64,000 bases of DNA from Takakia lepidozioides (GCA_030704615.1 CM060734.1:44764001-44828000), one strand, 5' to 3'. Counted from the stretch's first letter, positions 36,101 to 48,790 are shown. Translations and numbers: made by a program. The notes: generated from the letters alone by a model not told the origin.

Positions 36101-39100
36101 ATCATTTATATAGCATTCGTAGTTACCATTTGAACAAATTTGTTTAGACAATGTGAAATCCATTTGAACGTTGACAAACTTGTATAGATTGTAATGTAGT
36201 GTAGAACATTGAATTCCGAACCTCTATTTCATAGCTAAACTCCGAAGCTTGACTTTGAAGCTTAACACTGAAACTCGATTTTGAAGATCAATTTTGAAAG
36301 CGAAACTCCTTTTTCGAAGTCATTTCTATCAGTGCTGTACTTGTCTTCTGTGTGGTCATGTCGTAACCCTTTACCTTGAGGGAAGGGGGTTGGGACACAG
36401 GAGGGGTTGTCCCTGTGGTGGGGGCAGTGGCAGCAGTAAGAGTGGGGCGGAACGACGTTTGAGTGCCGAAAGCACTCAAGAGGGCGGAGGTGCTTAGTAC
36501 GTGGAGCCCTCCAACCGGGTTGCAGTGGGGTGGTCGTAGCATGGTAGTCGTAGTGGGGGTGACGTATGACTCACCGCGGGGTTGAGGGCTTGTGGTGGGA
36601 GTTGTGGGGAGTCTTGGGGCTCACCACGGTCCATTGGGGCCGTGGTGGCCTGGGAGGGCCAAGACTCACCGTGACTCATCACAGGGAGTTGAGGTTCACG
36701 GTGGTGGTTCACCAAAAAGGACTTGGGCTATTTGTGAGATCCCCGCGAATGCCTATAAAAATACATATAGGGAGTAGTATCCCTGAGAACGGTGCAAGCC
36801 CATTAAACGACCGAAGGCTATTGAAACAAACAAACGAGCCGAAAAACAGCCGAGTGTGGGAGCTGTTCCGGACTACCTATAACCATATGGAATTTCCACT
36901 CGGCCCGCATAGTCGAGGGTTGCATGAGGAGCAAAGGGGGACCATTATGTCCCAGTGAGCAGCCAAAGTTCCAAAGTTGGTATGTGCGGCCAGTTTGAGA
37001 GTTAGACGCGCGCACCAAAACGAGTAACTATAACATGAAGGGGAGTTTACCAAAGTGAGGTGTACAACACGTGGTATTAGAGCTTGGATTTGAGTACGCG
37101 ATTGTCCTTGAGATCGGCCTCACCTTGGGGTCGGACAAAGCCAAGCAAAAGCGGAATGGCCCGAAAGCCGACGAACCTAGTGAGCCTGGTGGGGGCGACG
37201 TGACGTCGGAGCAGCATGGGGAAAGAGAGGAATATCTCGCGAGGATGATGCTTCCCAAGATCAAGAGCCACATGAGGAATCGGAGCCCGAGGATTTTGCT
37301 GAGCCGCCTCCAGACAATCAAATGTCCCAGATGCCATAGGCACTTTCGGAAAAATTGTTGGCTCAATTCGGTGGGACTTTGAAGGATGTGGTGAAGGCTG
37401 CCAATGCCACTTCCACAAAAGCAAAGTTCAACGTGAAACCAAGGAACCCGACACTTGTGAGGGTGTCCGGAATTGGAAAACGCTCAATATTTGGCTCCTG
37501 GAGTTGGAGCAGTATTTTCGGGCAGCCAAGTTGAGTGACGAGGACCGAGTGGAGGTGGCCCCCCAGGACTTCGCTTGTTTGACGGACGATCATGCTTCCA
37601 AGATATAGAGTCGATTAACTTATGATATCTGATATTCGTCATGCGTTGCAGCTGACCCCACCATCTGACCTGGAATTCATCTCATCGGGAGCTTAAGGAA
37701 GGGATGCCATACTCAGCACGAACAGCCACATTAGTTGTTTTGGAGCATGTTGACATGCACTCCTTGAGCACCCCCACTTGGATTCTACAGACTTAGCCTA
37801 GTTGGAATTATCAACCCACACTGCAGATGCGTAATCCAAGGCATGCCTAATAACACGGCAAAACATGGTTCGTTTTACTGCAGAGTTCATCCCTCTGTAG
37901 TGGAAAAATTTAGTGAGACTCAACGCTTTGCACTTGCCAGATTGAACAACTTTAGGAGAGAGAAAGAGAAGGTCAAAGAGACACCTTAACAGTAGCCGCA
38001 CGGGGAGCATCATACAGGAGGGCAAGCTCACCAAAGCTGTCACCTGCAGAGTAGTTCTTCACCATCTCTGGATCTTTGCCCTGGACCTTCTGTATCCATA
38101 CCTCACAAGACCCTGCCTGTTCACAATTCAATTTCCTGGTTAGGTTCATTCTACCCGTAGTTGGATGTCTGTTGCTAGCAGTAGAGAGAGTTAGGGGTTC
38201 TTATTAAAAGTATGTGTAAACAACTTTCCAATTATGTGATGTTGGCTACTTAGCCACCCATGATCATCCATTAAAGTGGACTGCTCAGTACCACTTGTAA
38301 AAGTGAACTCTGACAAATCATTTCCTAGACGTCTTTAGTGGTGATATAAGGTTCAAAATAGAAAAACTCTGAACACTTTCTTCACTATGGGAGCCCCTTA
38401 ACCTTGTATTTAGATATATGATAGAACATTGAACATGTAAACTAGGTGACCAACTATTCCCATTGGACGTAAGGTCAGTCAACAATCAGCACCCTGTCCT
38501 GACCATCATTTCCAGAGAACTAGATTGGGCTAGTGACAACAAGTTGTTGGATGCCTCCGGAAGAAAACAGAAGGAAATTCATAAGACTGCTTAGAACCAT
38601 TCCGGAACATAACTTAATGAGACGGCATGGACATAGATATCATTGAAACTATGGTTAAGCTAAGAGCACTGGCTACGGCTGGCAATTTCATGGCTGGCAA
38701 TTTCATATCTTCTTCCTACACGGATTTTCCTTTTGCTCCAGTGAGAGTCAGATTGGCTCCTTACATGGTTCATCACTTGGAACTCACTTGCCCCTGGATT
38801 TTGCAAAGATTTCTCCTTTCTGAATTACTCTCCCAAGCTTGCAGACAATATGCAACTGAAACCTATAAAGGTGTTGGTCACTATGGAGATGCCAGGCCTA
38901 ACTAGAACTTTCGAACCTGCACTCCCGCTTTAAGAGAACCTTGAGAGGTGGTTTGACTCCCCTCCCTGGGCTGGAGGGATTGATTTGGGGAGTGCTCTGC
39001 AGGTGCATTTTAATAATATACACCTTGGTTTCCTAGCTTGCTGGTGGCCCTGCTTCTGCTTGGTTTCAATTGTTATATGATTGCTAGCTGGTCCTCTTGG

Positions 39101-41972
39101 CTTTGACTTTTGCTTCCCATATCTGGATGCCTAGGGGTTCGTGTAACTGGGCTTTTCTTTGATCAGAACTCTTCCCCGGTCAGCTCTTCTGGTTGCTGAC
39201 CCTGCCTGTGGTAGTAATTCTTAGCTTGTCAAAATTTTGTTTTCTGAAGTATGTTTTGGGATGTTTCCCTTACCCCTACAAAAAACAAGAGAAGGTGACG
39301 GAGAGCACCTCGAGGAGGTAGAAGTTTAGACCAGATTCCCCTTGTTTGATTATAACATCGCCTTTTTTGTGCTTCTCTTCCTCGACTGCATCAATCACCT
39401 GTTTTGAGCAAGCTTCACCTAAAAGTTTATTAGCTTTGGAAGGATATACAAACAATGCACCTGTGTGGTACTTGAGGATCTTACGACTTTGTAAATGTTG
39501 TCTCTGGGGAGGAAAATTGAAAGGAATTGCACAATGCACTGCACAACAAGACCACATCTTGCAATGCTGATCACATGTACACATACAAAGACAATCTCTT
39601 TCTTTCTCTCTTGCTCTGGATGTTCTCTCCCCTTACACACAAAGGGCCATTGGTCACCTCAATTGGTTAAACTCTGAAGTCCTACAATGCTGCACGGCTG
39701 ATAGTATATTCTGTGTTCACTGGCTTTTCTGTTGGACGCCTAGGTCCATAGTGGTAACGTGTGTGACAGACACCACTTCACCAGACCTAACAACCCCTTC
39801 AAAATATTTTTCTTCCTTCCACATTAGATATATCTCAATAATTCATTTCAGAACTTTATTTCTGAGCTCTATAAAATCAATTACCGTGGCAGTCTGCTCC
39901 TTGTCTAGAGCTTTGAAGATATAACTTCTCTCCAATGCTTTCTGAATGCGGAATTTGGCTTCATTTGTCTTTGGGATCACCTGTAACCCGGGATTGTCAA
40001 GAAGGTTCAGGCCCAAGGCTATTAGTACGCCAATGCATTGTCTTGCAAAGCAAACACTGATTAGCAGTGAGAGAAAAACTGGTTTACTTGGGAATCATGG
40101 CCACGTTACCTTTTGTAAGAACATAATCCATCCTTCCACTTAACATGTACAAAGTATGTAAATCCTTCGCGCTTCAGGCGCTTTGCGGTCAACTATCGTA
40201 GATTAGCGATCGGCGACCAGCCGGTTATTTAACAAATTCATTCGGTACGCTCGAGGAAGTTATAAAGTAGGTGTACCCTGCTTCAGATTGAAACGAAACA
40301 ACTTAGGCGTCGCAGTGCATTCAAAGGTGATCGAGTTATGTGTACCGAGACTCTAAATAGGTTTCATAGGGTCTGAAAAGTTCCTCGTCAAGCCTCTGGA
40401 AAATATCTTGATGGATAAAAAAACATCAAGCAAACTAACTGTTTTTCCTCTTTAGTCGTAAATAAGGGCCCCGGGTTTGAAGTTGGTGTGAAGATTAGAG
40501 GGTGGTCTAGGAATTAAAAAGCGGGGGTTAGAGTATGCTACACCAGGAGTTAAATTAATAACTGCCATGGGGGTTTTAAAAAAAAAATGATAAGACCTAT
40601 TATATAGGGGATGGTTCATGTGCCATGGGGGAAGCAAGTGTCACCTAGGGGTGACATGTGTCCCAGGGCAACCTTCTAGAGGGGTCCCACCGCTGGACGG
40701 GTCGGGCGGGCTTCTAGAAGGTCCCATCGCCCTCTGAGGGTATATAAAGAGAGTCGGGCTCTCTTCCCCTGCGTCTTACTATTTATTCACTTATTACTTA
40801 CTAGTACATAGGGGCTCTGCACACGCAAGGCCCCAAAAAAAACGCAAACCATGACATGATAGATTAATAGAAGTAGAGCAAATGATGAATAAGCCCCCTT
40901 GGTGAGCATTTTCTTTCAAAGGGTGGCCAAGATAGTTGTTGCATGACATGATTTTGTTCATCTTTCTGTCCCTGCTCTTTCGTAATTGAAAGTGCCAACA
41001 CCTACCTTGGGGACATACTTTTCGTCGGTAAGAGCGCATTCAGCACTCACGCCTGTCCTTCGAAATGAAAGCGTGTGTTTTCGTTTTTCCCTGGCTAGCT
41101 GCAAATGCACCCGACACAAAACTTTATGATGGTCATCATCAGTAAAACAAAATACAAAATAAAAGTAGATGTTGGCATTTTGGCACTTAGCATTTGGTTA
41201 GAGAGAAATGAAATGAAATGAAATGGTGCTTTATAACGTCCGCATAAAGCTCATATAGCTTATGGGACAAAGTGGAAGAAAACATGAGAGAGGAAAGAAA
41301 ACTAGAGCCAAGAATAAAAACTATTGCTCGATTGATTGTCTAAGGGTGAAGGCCTTGTGCAGGTAAGCTACCAAGCATTTCTGATCCTCATAGTGGAAGA
41401 CTTTAGTGAGAGATTGGGGTCCGTGGAATAGACAGTGTCCAACGGATCTCGTAGTATAGAGGGCAATAGAAGAAGTGTTCTTCAGTTTCAATTTCCCGGT
41501 TGCGCCCTGTGCAAATTGGACATAGGCGAGGTTTTTCCATCTACCAATCTCTATCCGTAGGTTGTGGGAGCCCACCCTGAACCGTCCCAATGCCCTCAGG
41601 AGGGAAGGAGATAAGAAAGGAGTAGGAGATTCACAAGAAAGAGAGAAAGAGAGAGGAGCAGAAGATCACAGGAAGCCCATAGAGTCACATAAGAACAAAG
41701 AAGAAGGAAAATCTTCCTTGATTTGTGGTTGCTTCTGAGCATATCACCTTTCCTTATTATTTATTTTCTTATAGAAAGGTTGACTTCTGGCAAGCGTAAA
41801 CTACAGGTGTCTCGCAAAGGCCTACTCGTCGAAGGTGGACGGACACCTTCTCTGGTTGACTAGTCTATAGAAAGGGAAGAGAAGGGGGAAACGGAGCAAG
41901 TGAGAGGGAGAGTACTTGGTCCGGAGTCATGTTAGAAGCTCTTTTGGCCTTCACGCTACTAGAAGCTGCCAT
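30180..41972 (-). CDS. PKAR: cAMP-dependent protein kinase regulatory subunit (PKA-R), 9 exons, about 316 aa
   Basis: Exons 41916-41972, 41006-41098, 39885-39980, 39309-39398, 37985-38116, 32493-32615, 32132-32251, 31764-31922 and 30180-30260; all GT-AG, all phase 0, no stops. Inhibitor site RRTGVSAE; N3A-like IPKTNEAKFRIQKALERSYIFKALD; two cNMP cassettes FGELALLYDAPRAAT and FGELALLNDEPRAAT; C-helix RLLGKLEDILHRKKAEY. The first exon is less certain. Confidence 0.93.
30381..30623 (+). mobile_element. tRNA-derived SINE, copy 1 (in the last PKAR intron)
   Basis: A box TAGCTCGGTTGG (30394-30405), B box GGTTCAAATCC (30438-30448), A-rich tail; no complete cloverleaf. Confidence 0.78.
30690..31690 (-). 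repeat. Dispersed repeat, copy 1 (probable non-LTR element 3' region)
   Basis: TCTGAAATTCTATCCCAAGATTGC..GAAACC and GGTTTCAATT..TAGCTGG match 38820-38865 and 39060-39091 in the opposite orientation. Confidence 0.55.
33026..34125 (-). mobile_element. LINE 3' fragment with (TC)n tail plus two stacked extra 3' ends
   Basis: RLKFKLRAASLPLN..KCPLCGQPEDNIHF zinc motif; the terminal ~75-bp unit plus (GA)n occurs three times at 33026-33300. Confidence 0.82.
34240..34890 (-). pseudogene. ParB/Srx-like domain gene fragment (probably transposon-borne)
   Basis: VYRPLNINHKDEVKACL..HPVYLAP / frameshift / KPRHQKDINNSKFFVVEGQHTIMAAK followed by a GT donor; a downstream piece reads LVRIWDCYPINGDKPENLHIL. 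Confidence 0.45.
36359..37593 (+). mobile_element. Ty3-type 5' LTR (36359-37069), Met-tRNA PBS and gag fragment
   Basis: Termini TGTCGTA...TACAACA; TATAAAA at ~36754; PBS TGGTATTAGAGC at 37072-37083; gag-like KFNVKPRNP..IWLLELEQYF; cut by a LINE at ~37594. Confidence 0.78.
37594..37950 (-). mobile_element. LINE fragment, same family as 33026-34125
   Basis: 37594-37780 closely matches 33907-34105; VKRTMFCRVIRHALDYASAVW. Confidence 0.8.
38720..39270 (+). repeat. Dispersed repeat, copy 2
   Basis: Homologous to 30690-31690 (SELLSQACRQYATET versus SEILSQDCLQYAAET). Confidence 0.55.
41206..41600 (-). mobile_element. LINE 3' end (RTE-X/CR1-L2-like) with (CATTT)n tail
   Basis: RFRVGSHNLRIEIGRW motif followed by a degenerate CxxC..EH zinc finger; (AAATG)4 at 41206-41225. 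Confidence 0.8.
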
Positions 41973-42299
41973 CGGAGGAGAAGCGTCTGTGGACGTACTA
42001 CAACCTATGTTGGATCCTACTTTTCAGATCAAGCTGTTTTATTTGGCCCAACCTCTTCATGCACACTACTCTTTTGTCATCGCTTTTGACTAACAGAGAT
42101 TGTAAATTCATATGAACTCTTGTTGACAAAATTGATGACAAAAATCGTCCTCATTGTTCATGTGGGGGTGTTGCCTTTACACACAGACGACATATCACTC
42201 GTCCAATTGCTCTTGTCCACAAATCAACTAATATTTTCTATCTCCCTAGGTTGAAGGAATTTCCGCGACTTTTAAGGTTCTGCATCAATTCCTCTCTGC

Positions 42300-42555
42300 A
42301 ATGCTCATCCAACATTCCTGAGTATGATCAAGATCACGCACAAAAGAGTTAGATGTTTTGCAAGTAGATGGTAGCATTCAAAGATGCCAAAAAATGGCCA
42401 TGGCTACAATTTCTCAATGTTTGGAACAGAGGCCTTATGACTTTATGAAAACTATCGCAGCCATGAAACGCCTAGAGAAAGAACTCGATGATATGCATAT
42501 TAGAGATACTCAACAGACCACAATCGATTCATATTTCCTACCCATAACTGAATGA
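42300..42555 (+). mobile_element. Possible pogo/Tigger-type transposase C-terminal remnant
   Basis: A helical segment ending QQTTIDSYF, resembling pogo/Tigger C-termini; no DDE core or TIR was found. Confidence 0.35.
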
Positions 42556-42669
42556 CTCCATATAATTACACTTTGTTTCATAAGTGTTAATTTCATAAAT
42601 CTCATATTTGTTAAATATTACCTTCTGTAGATGTTAATGTTGTTACTATTAGCCCCTTCATAACTGTTG

Positions 42670-43720
42670 TGTTCTGTGCACGCCAAGACCCTCCTCCACA
42701 ACACCCTCTGCACCTTATGCAATGCCCAGCCCTAGTCTGTTGAGCATTGCTTGGTTGAGTGCCATCTCCCTATCAGAATTTGGAGAGTGGTATTAAGGTT
42801 CTATGCCAGTTGGCTCTCTTTCCCATCCCCCCCCCCCCTTCTTCTCTGTTGCTTTTGAACATGTTGCGTGCTCGGACTGCTTCAGCCTGCCCTGTTTGGG
42901 CCAGTCTAAGGACACTCTCATTATGGAACTTGTGGAAAAGTAGATGTTCATTTGTATATGATGGGAAAGCCCCCAGGGGCAGGTCTATTCTCTTTTGCAC
43001 ATACTAGGACCTGCTTACTGAGGGGAGGAAGGCATGCAGCTGTTTCCAGGTCTTCAGAGCAACGCGGGAGAAAGCTCTTCAACGATTTTCAGCACTCCTG
43101 GGGTACAGATGGCATTCTCGGAACCGGTCTTCCCAACGGGGGGGTTTGCTGGCAAGTCTCCACTCTTGCCGCTTGGGATGTCCCCTGGTGAAGGTGATGA
43201 TGGAGACTTCAATTGGCGGCACAAGAAGCCTCGGGTCACCAAGTTTAAAACCCAACTTCGTTTTTAGATAGCTAGCTTTGGCTGTCTTCAGGCCCCTGGT
43301 GTTTGCAGGTGGCTGTCCATGGCAATCTTTCCTGCCTGTTTCCAGACTTTTCTGGTTTTGCAGATTTACCCTCGGCTCAGCCATGCACTTGTCACCAGCC
43401 TGCTGGGCTCTGGTCTCGTCTTGTACCTTGCAGACATCATGGTTACTTCCCTTTATCTTTTGCTACCTGTATCTCCTCTGTTTAGACTTGCACATACTGC
43501 TGCTTAGCAGCATTATGCAGTTCCTTTCTCAGTTCGTTCTGCCCTGCAGCTTTGCTTAGAACTTCTCCCCATTTTATCCCACTCTGCAAAGAGTATCCCT
43601 CTCTTTAGATAGCTCGTATGCTATGGTCACGGGGAGCCTCCCTGGTGGTTATTTTTTCCACCTGTTTGTGAACCGTTATTTAATTAATTTGATTAAGAGG
43701 GCCCCTGTCCCCTTTCCTTT
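42670..43720 (+). mobile_element. 5'-truncated L1-type LINE
   Basis: CPVWASLRTLSLWNLWKSRC; collinear with the 28655-29610 element; T-rich 3' UTR. Confidence 0.72.
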
Positions 43721-44461
43721 AAACGCAATCTTTGTCTTCCAGAAGTGCCGTCGAGACTGCGCTCGTCTTTTATTTTTCGTTCGTTCCGTCCTTCAGCCGA
43801 CAAATCGCCGTGTATTTGATGATCCGCACATTGAATGAGCTTTGCATCGTATCTCTTAGCTGTGCAGATTTATAGAAACAGCGTGTCCTGAAAATTCAGG
43901 ACGTCTTAGTTGAATGCGTGCGGTTCATATTTGATAGGGCTGATAGAAATCTAGTGTAGACCTTGGATTTATTGTAAATTGTTTCCATGGAGGAGGGAAT
44001 CAATAGTACGGAGGATAAAGATTGCAAGTGGAGTAGAGGCATCTGAGCGGAGTGAGGATAGGAACTGTAGCACGGAAGCCTTCTGGTGAGATCATATCAC
44101 ACGTTCTTCCGAGATGATAAACAATTTGCTCGATAGGATCGATGACGATGACATTGCAGATGCAACAATACATACAGTCCAACTTGAGCAGACTTCCATC
44201 CCACGAATCTTGACCACATCCATGGAAAATGGCTCCAATGGAGTGTCGACCAGCCTGTGAGATTTTTTGAATAAGGAAGTTCAATTTGTGTGACAATGGT
44301 GGAGCCAATTCGTCCGTGCTTTACCAGAGTCTGTCAGAACGAGGCGCATTCGGCGTTGTCAATGAGAGAGTAGAGAGTGAAATTTGCTTGCTTCTCACGC
44401 ACTATCTCTGCATCGTCAAGCTCAACTACTTCGGTTGCAGTCAGTTAATTTTGCGTAAATT

Positions 44462-45505
44462 ATGGGGACGAAATCTGCCTCTCCCTGAATCGAACGCTAA
44501 TAATGAAAGTCATGGGGTTCAGGCTAAGTCCCATTTGAGAGAAGAGTGAGGGATGCAGTCCATTTCCAGGATTCTCTTTCAGGTTTGCAGTGACCTAGAA
44601 CTAGACTTCTATAATCGCCTTCACCACTTTTGCCCATAAATGAACAGCCAGCACACGCACTTGATACTGTTGCGTGGGGCACAGTTGTCCATTTTCACCG
44701 AAGGGCAAAAGAGAGTAAGAAACTGGAGATCGATAGCAGAGAAACAGAATGCCTATCAATAAAACATGCAGCTCTGGGTTTCAGAAGTTGATTCCCTGGC
44801 CATCCTGACGTTTGTACGTAGGGTCTGAGTTCACGTTCCTCGAGTGCCAGAAAATAAGAAAGAAAACTCCTTAGAAGCAACTGCAGGATGGTGGGTGAAA
44901 CAGTGGAAGCTGAATTCACAACAATCCAGTCTCGCTCCCTTTCTTGAACAGACAGTTGGAACTACCCACACAACTATATATGGTTGCAAGACGAGAAAAA
45001 ATTTGGTGGGCAATAAAGAGCACCATCCCTATGATCAACTCAAAAGTCATCTGTTATATGATAGCTCAGAGTGAAAGAATAACTTATCCTTAAGCCAAGG
45101 ATAAACATGTTGTAATATAACTCAGAGGTCATGCGTCTGTCAAAGTGCCTTGTTCACACCATGCTCTCTTTTCCTTAGGAGCGGGGAAAATTGTTATTCA
45201 GCTTACCAGCCTTCTTCAATGACCAAACATCTCCTTCACTCCTGGAGCTGATGCAGGTCTTGGGAGCATGCATGCTTTAAACCTTGTTGGCTTGAATCAG
45301 ATGGTTTGTTAGAGTTAGGCCCTCCAATTTGTATCATTGTTCATGGGCATAATTACTTGTTTATCTTGATGCAGGAATTCCAGAGCATTGACTCTGGGGA
45401 AGGGGGCAGCACACCACCTCCACTGGGTCGGACACCAGAGCCCTCACGGAGGTGGCGTGATGTGTTCTGGTTGGTTGTGTTTGTGGTTCACTTGCTCGGC
45501 TTTGG
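44462..45505 (+). pseudogene. Choline transporter-like (CTL/SLC44/PNS1 family) 5' fragment
   Basis: Exon from about 45374 (after CAG) encodes PSRRWRDVFWLVVFVVHLLGFG, the family N-terminal motif, then homology stops. The putative first exon at 44462 is frameshifted and no further TM exons were found. Confidence 0.65.
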
Positions 45506-45675
45506 AATTTGGGCATGGACAGATTTCGGTAATGACTCTACTGAATATCAAACTCATATACCCACCAGATACAGATGTGTACCAGGATAAAAGGATAGGC
45601 ACAAGAAAGGAGAGCATTTTTTGTCAAAGGAGTGGTAAATGTGAGTCAGCAGAAGGTTGAGAGATATAGTGATAG

Positions 45676-48600
45676 AGAGAATGCACTCATGCGGTTCCCT
45701 GTGAATGTTGGCTTGCCATAGCCTTATGGCCATTGACCCTGTGAGAAACTAACCCTCCGGATCCTTTTGTGGGGTTCGCACTTCACACCCGCCAGAGAGG
45801 GAGAGAGAATGCAGATGTTGTTTGCTGTAGCCTGTGACCATAGACCCCATGCCGAGTTTGGGCAGAACGACAGGGAATGGACACTACCTTTGTGAGGGGC
45901 TCACTCCCGTAGTGGGACTTACCTTGGTATAAACAATTCTTCTGGGCTTTCCAGATTTCCTCTGGAAGTCCCTTCACACATGCATCAATCTGCTGTGTGT
46001 GAGCTGCCCAGCAATTAGACCCCTTTAGGCTCAGCCTCCAGATTTTGAAAGTTGGTGAATGAGGTGCGGGGACTATGTTCTTGATGGTCCTGAAGAGGGT
46101 CACTCTCCGATGAGAATACCCTGGACATTGTATCAGAAAATGGATATTGTCTTCAGGCCGCCCGCACATCGGGCATTGACAATCTCCCTTTTCTCTCTGC
46201 ATCTGTTTATTGTTCAATGGTAGACTCCATGCCCTGAGTTAAATTTCAGTCTAGCACCAAGGATAGAAAGGCCCTTCAGATCCTCCTTAGGTCCTCACCC
46301 ATGTCACAAACTGGAAACTAGTTTTATGCCTAACTTTGTTTTGTTTGAACATTCTTCGTGCTTCCAACATGGCCTTAGACACTTCAGCCTCCAAGTCAGC
46401 TTCATCTAGCAGGGTCAGTTCTTCCTGCCAAATATTCAGGTACTTGAAAATCTCCTCTTCCTTTTCCCCTCAGGACTTAGCCTGTTTAACAGGACGGTCT
46501 TGCTTCCAAGAAATAGAGTTGATCATCTTAGGGTATCTGGTATTAGGCATGCGATTCAGGTACTTGAAAATCTCCTCTACCTTTTCTCGTCAGGACTTGG
46601 CCTGTTTAACAGGACGGTCTTGCTTCCAAGAAATAGAGTCAATCCTCTTAGGGTATCTGATATTAGGCATGCAATTGAACTGACCCCACCATCTGACCTT
46701 GAACTCATCACGTCAAGAGCTCAAGGGTGGTACGCCGAACTTACCCTGAACAGCCACGTTAGCAGTTCTAGAGCACCGAAAGTTGAATGGATTCTAAAGT
46801 TTTAGCATGGTTGGAGTTGCCATCCCACACAGCAGATGTGTACGCCAAGGTAGGGCTAATAACGTTGCAAAGCATGGTCCTTTTAACTTCAGTATTAATT
46901 TGAGTGAGACCCAAAGCTTTGCGTTTAGCGGTTTGAACCACTTTTTGTATATTTGCAACTCGAGGAAAACACAACACCAAGATATGCACTGGTTGCACGT
47001 TAATCAACTCCTGAAGATTGGATGGGATATGCCCTAGGCCCGCAAAGTCATCAGCAAACATAGAGCTGTTAAGGTAGGGCATCACCCACCTTTGAATCCC
47101 AAATCCCTCGCTTTCCACATCCGCAAGGAGCTGATTAATGAAAACATTGAACAGCAGTGGGGAGAGGGTACAAGCTTGAGCTACACCTTGGTCAATGTCA
47201 AAGAAATTAGATTTCTGGCCACTCACCATAACACAAATAGAGTGACTTCCTTCTCTTTCGAATTGTAGAAGAAACCCTCTCCAGTTTGACTACCTCTCTC
47301 CCTCTAAGTGCGGAAACTTGAAAGACAAAGTGAGTTGCGTGCGTGTGTTGGGGATTGCCTCTAGAAGCATCGGATTCCCTGTCGCATGACTGTTACACAA
47401 ATGTCGCTCCCTTATTAGGTGTTCGCATACAGGTTGTGAACCATCCTCCGCATCTTTCCACTAACCCAGCAGACCACAGACGAACCACAGCCTGTTGCAC
47501 CATACAAGCCTTTTTGACATCCAGGAAGACAAAGGTGGGTTTTCCTCCTTTTTTCCTTCCCTCAATAGTCTGGCTTAGGGTAAAGATATGGCCAACGCAG
47601 CCACTTTTTCTCCCGAAGCCTGACCTTCATGGGAAACACTTCTTGTCTCCAAATCCATTTTCAATTTTCAATTTTCTTATTATCCTACAAATCAGCATGC
47701 CACCTTTGCAGAGAAGTGTAATGCCAAGGTAGTTCCCAGGCTCTTTATGTGTTTCCATTCTTATACAAATTGACAATGACACCCTCTCTCCAGCGAAAGA
47801 GTATCATTGCAGTCGTCCAAATAAAAGAGGAGGGCAAGGGCCTCTACCATAGAATTGGCACCATGCTTAATTAGCTCATTGACAATGCCATCATACCACT
47901 GGCTTTATAGCCCTTTAGATGTCCTATTGCTTCAGCAATCTCAGCAGACCGTTGTATCCCTTTGTGATATACTCCAATTCATCAGGGCTGTCTTGGATCA
48001 TAGGAACAGTGCTTTCTACTGTTTCCTTCCTTTCTTTGAAACCCCTCACTATTAGAGTTGGATTCACTGCCAAGAGTGTTGTAGTGCGTTTCAAAAGTTT
48101 TCACAATCTCAACCATAGAAGTCACCGCTGTTATTCCTTAAAGCATGTACTTGCTGACCATTTTTCAGCCTGTACAAACACTGTAAGGCCAACCAGAATC
48201 TTTAATACCATTGTGGTGGTTCAAGCTAATGTCATGCTGCAACTCTTCCCAATACATCTTTGATATTACAGCAGTTCTTCTTTCCTATGCACCTAGTTTG
48301 GGCTTTTTTGCAAGTCCTCTTCTTTTGACCTATTAAGCTTTTCCAGGCAATTGATAAGCTGCTTGCCGTGAAATTATCCTCATCCTCCCCAAAAAGCCCA
48401 ATGATGTCGTCCTGTTGTAGACCCTTGTCTACCTGGGCATTGAAGTCTCCCAACAAGACCATTTGGCCTTTGGTGCACAACTGAGCTTAGTTCCTGGGAG
48501 GCGTTATTAGGGTCGACACTAAGGGCTCCCTCTGTAGACATGTAGAACATCCCACAATGAGGTCCTCAGCCACCACGCCGCCCTTCAGATTCAGTCTCAA

Positions 48601-48790
48601 GGTCAAATGAAGCTCTTCCAGGCAATTGACAAGCCGCTTGCTGTTGGAATTATGAAAAAGCCCAATGACGTCGTCCTGTAGTAGACCCTTGCCCACCCCG
48701 GCATTAAAGTCTCTTAACATAGACCATGTGGCCTTTGGCGAGGAACAAGTTCCTTGGAGGCTTTATCACCAAAGAGTGAGACGGACAAAC
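45676..48790 (-). mobile_element. Degenerate LINE (APE + RT + Zn finger), (TC)n-tail family
   Basis: APE LLGDFNAQV (duplicated); RT HIFTLSQ..FLDVKKA, GVAQACTLSPLLFNVFIN, MFADD; CPMCGRPEDNIHFLIQC; two 3'-end units at ~45676 and ~45800; 120-bp tandem duplication at about 46434-46675. Confidence 0.88.

Noticed and set aside
36378-36392. PPT followed by an LTR starting at 36391
   Set aside because: TGTCGTA at 36359 matches the TACAACA end better, so the purine run lies inside the LTR.
40146-40808. Solo LTR (TGTAC...GTACA, TATA-like motif)
   Set aside because: Flanks TAACA and TAGGG do not form a TSD and there is no second copy in the window; left unclassified.
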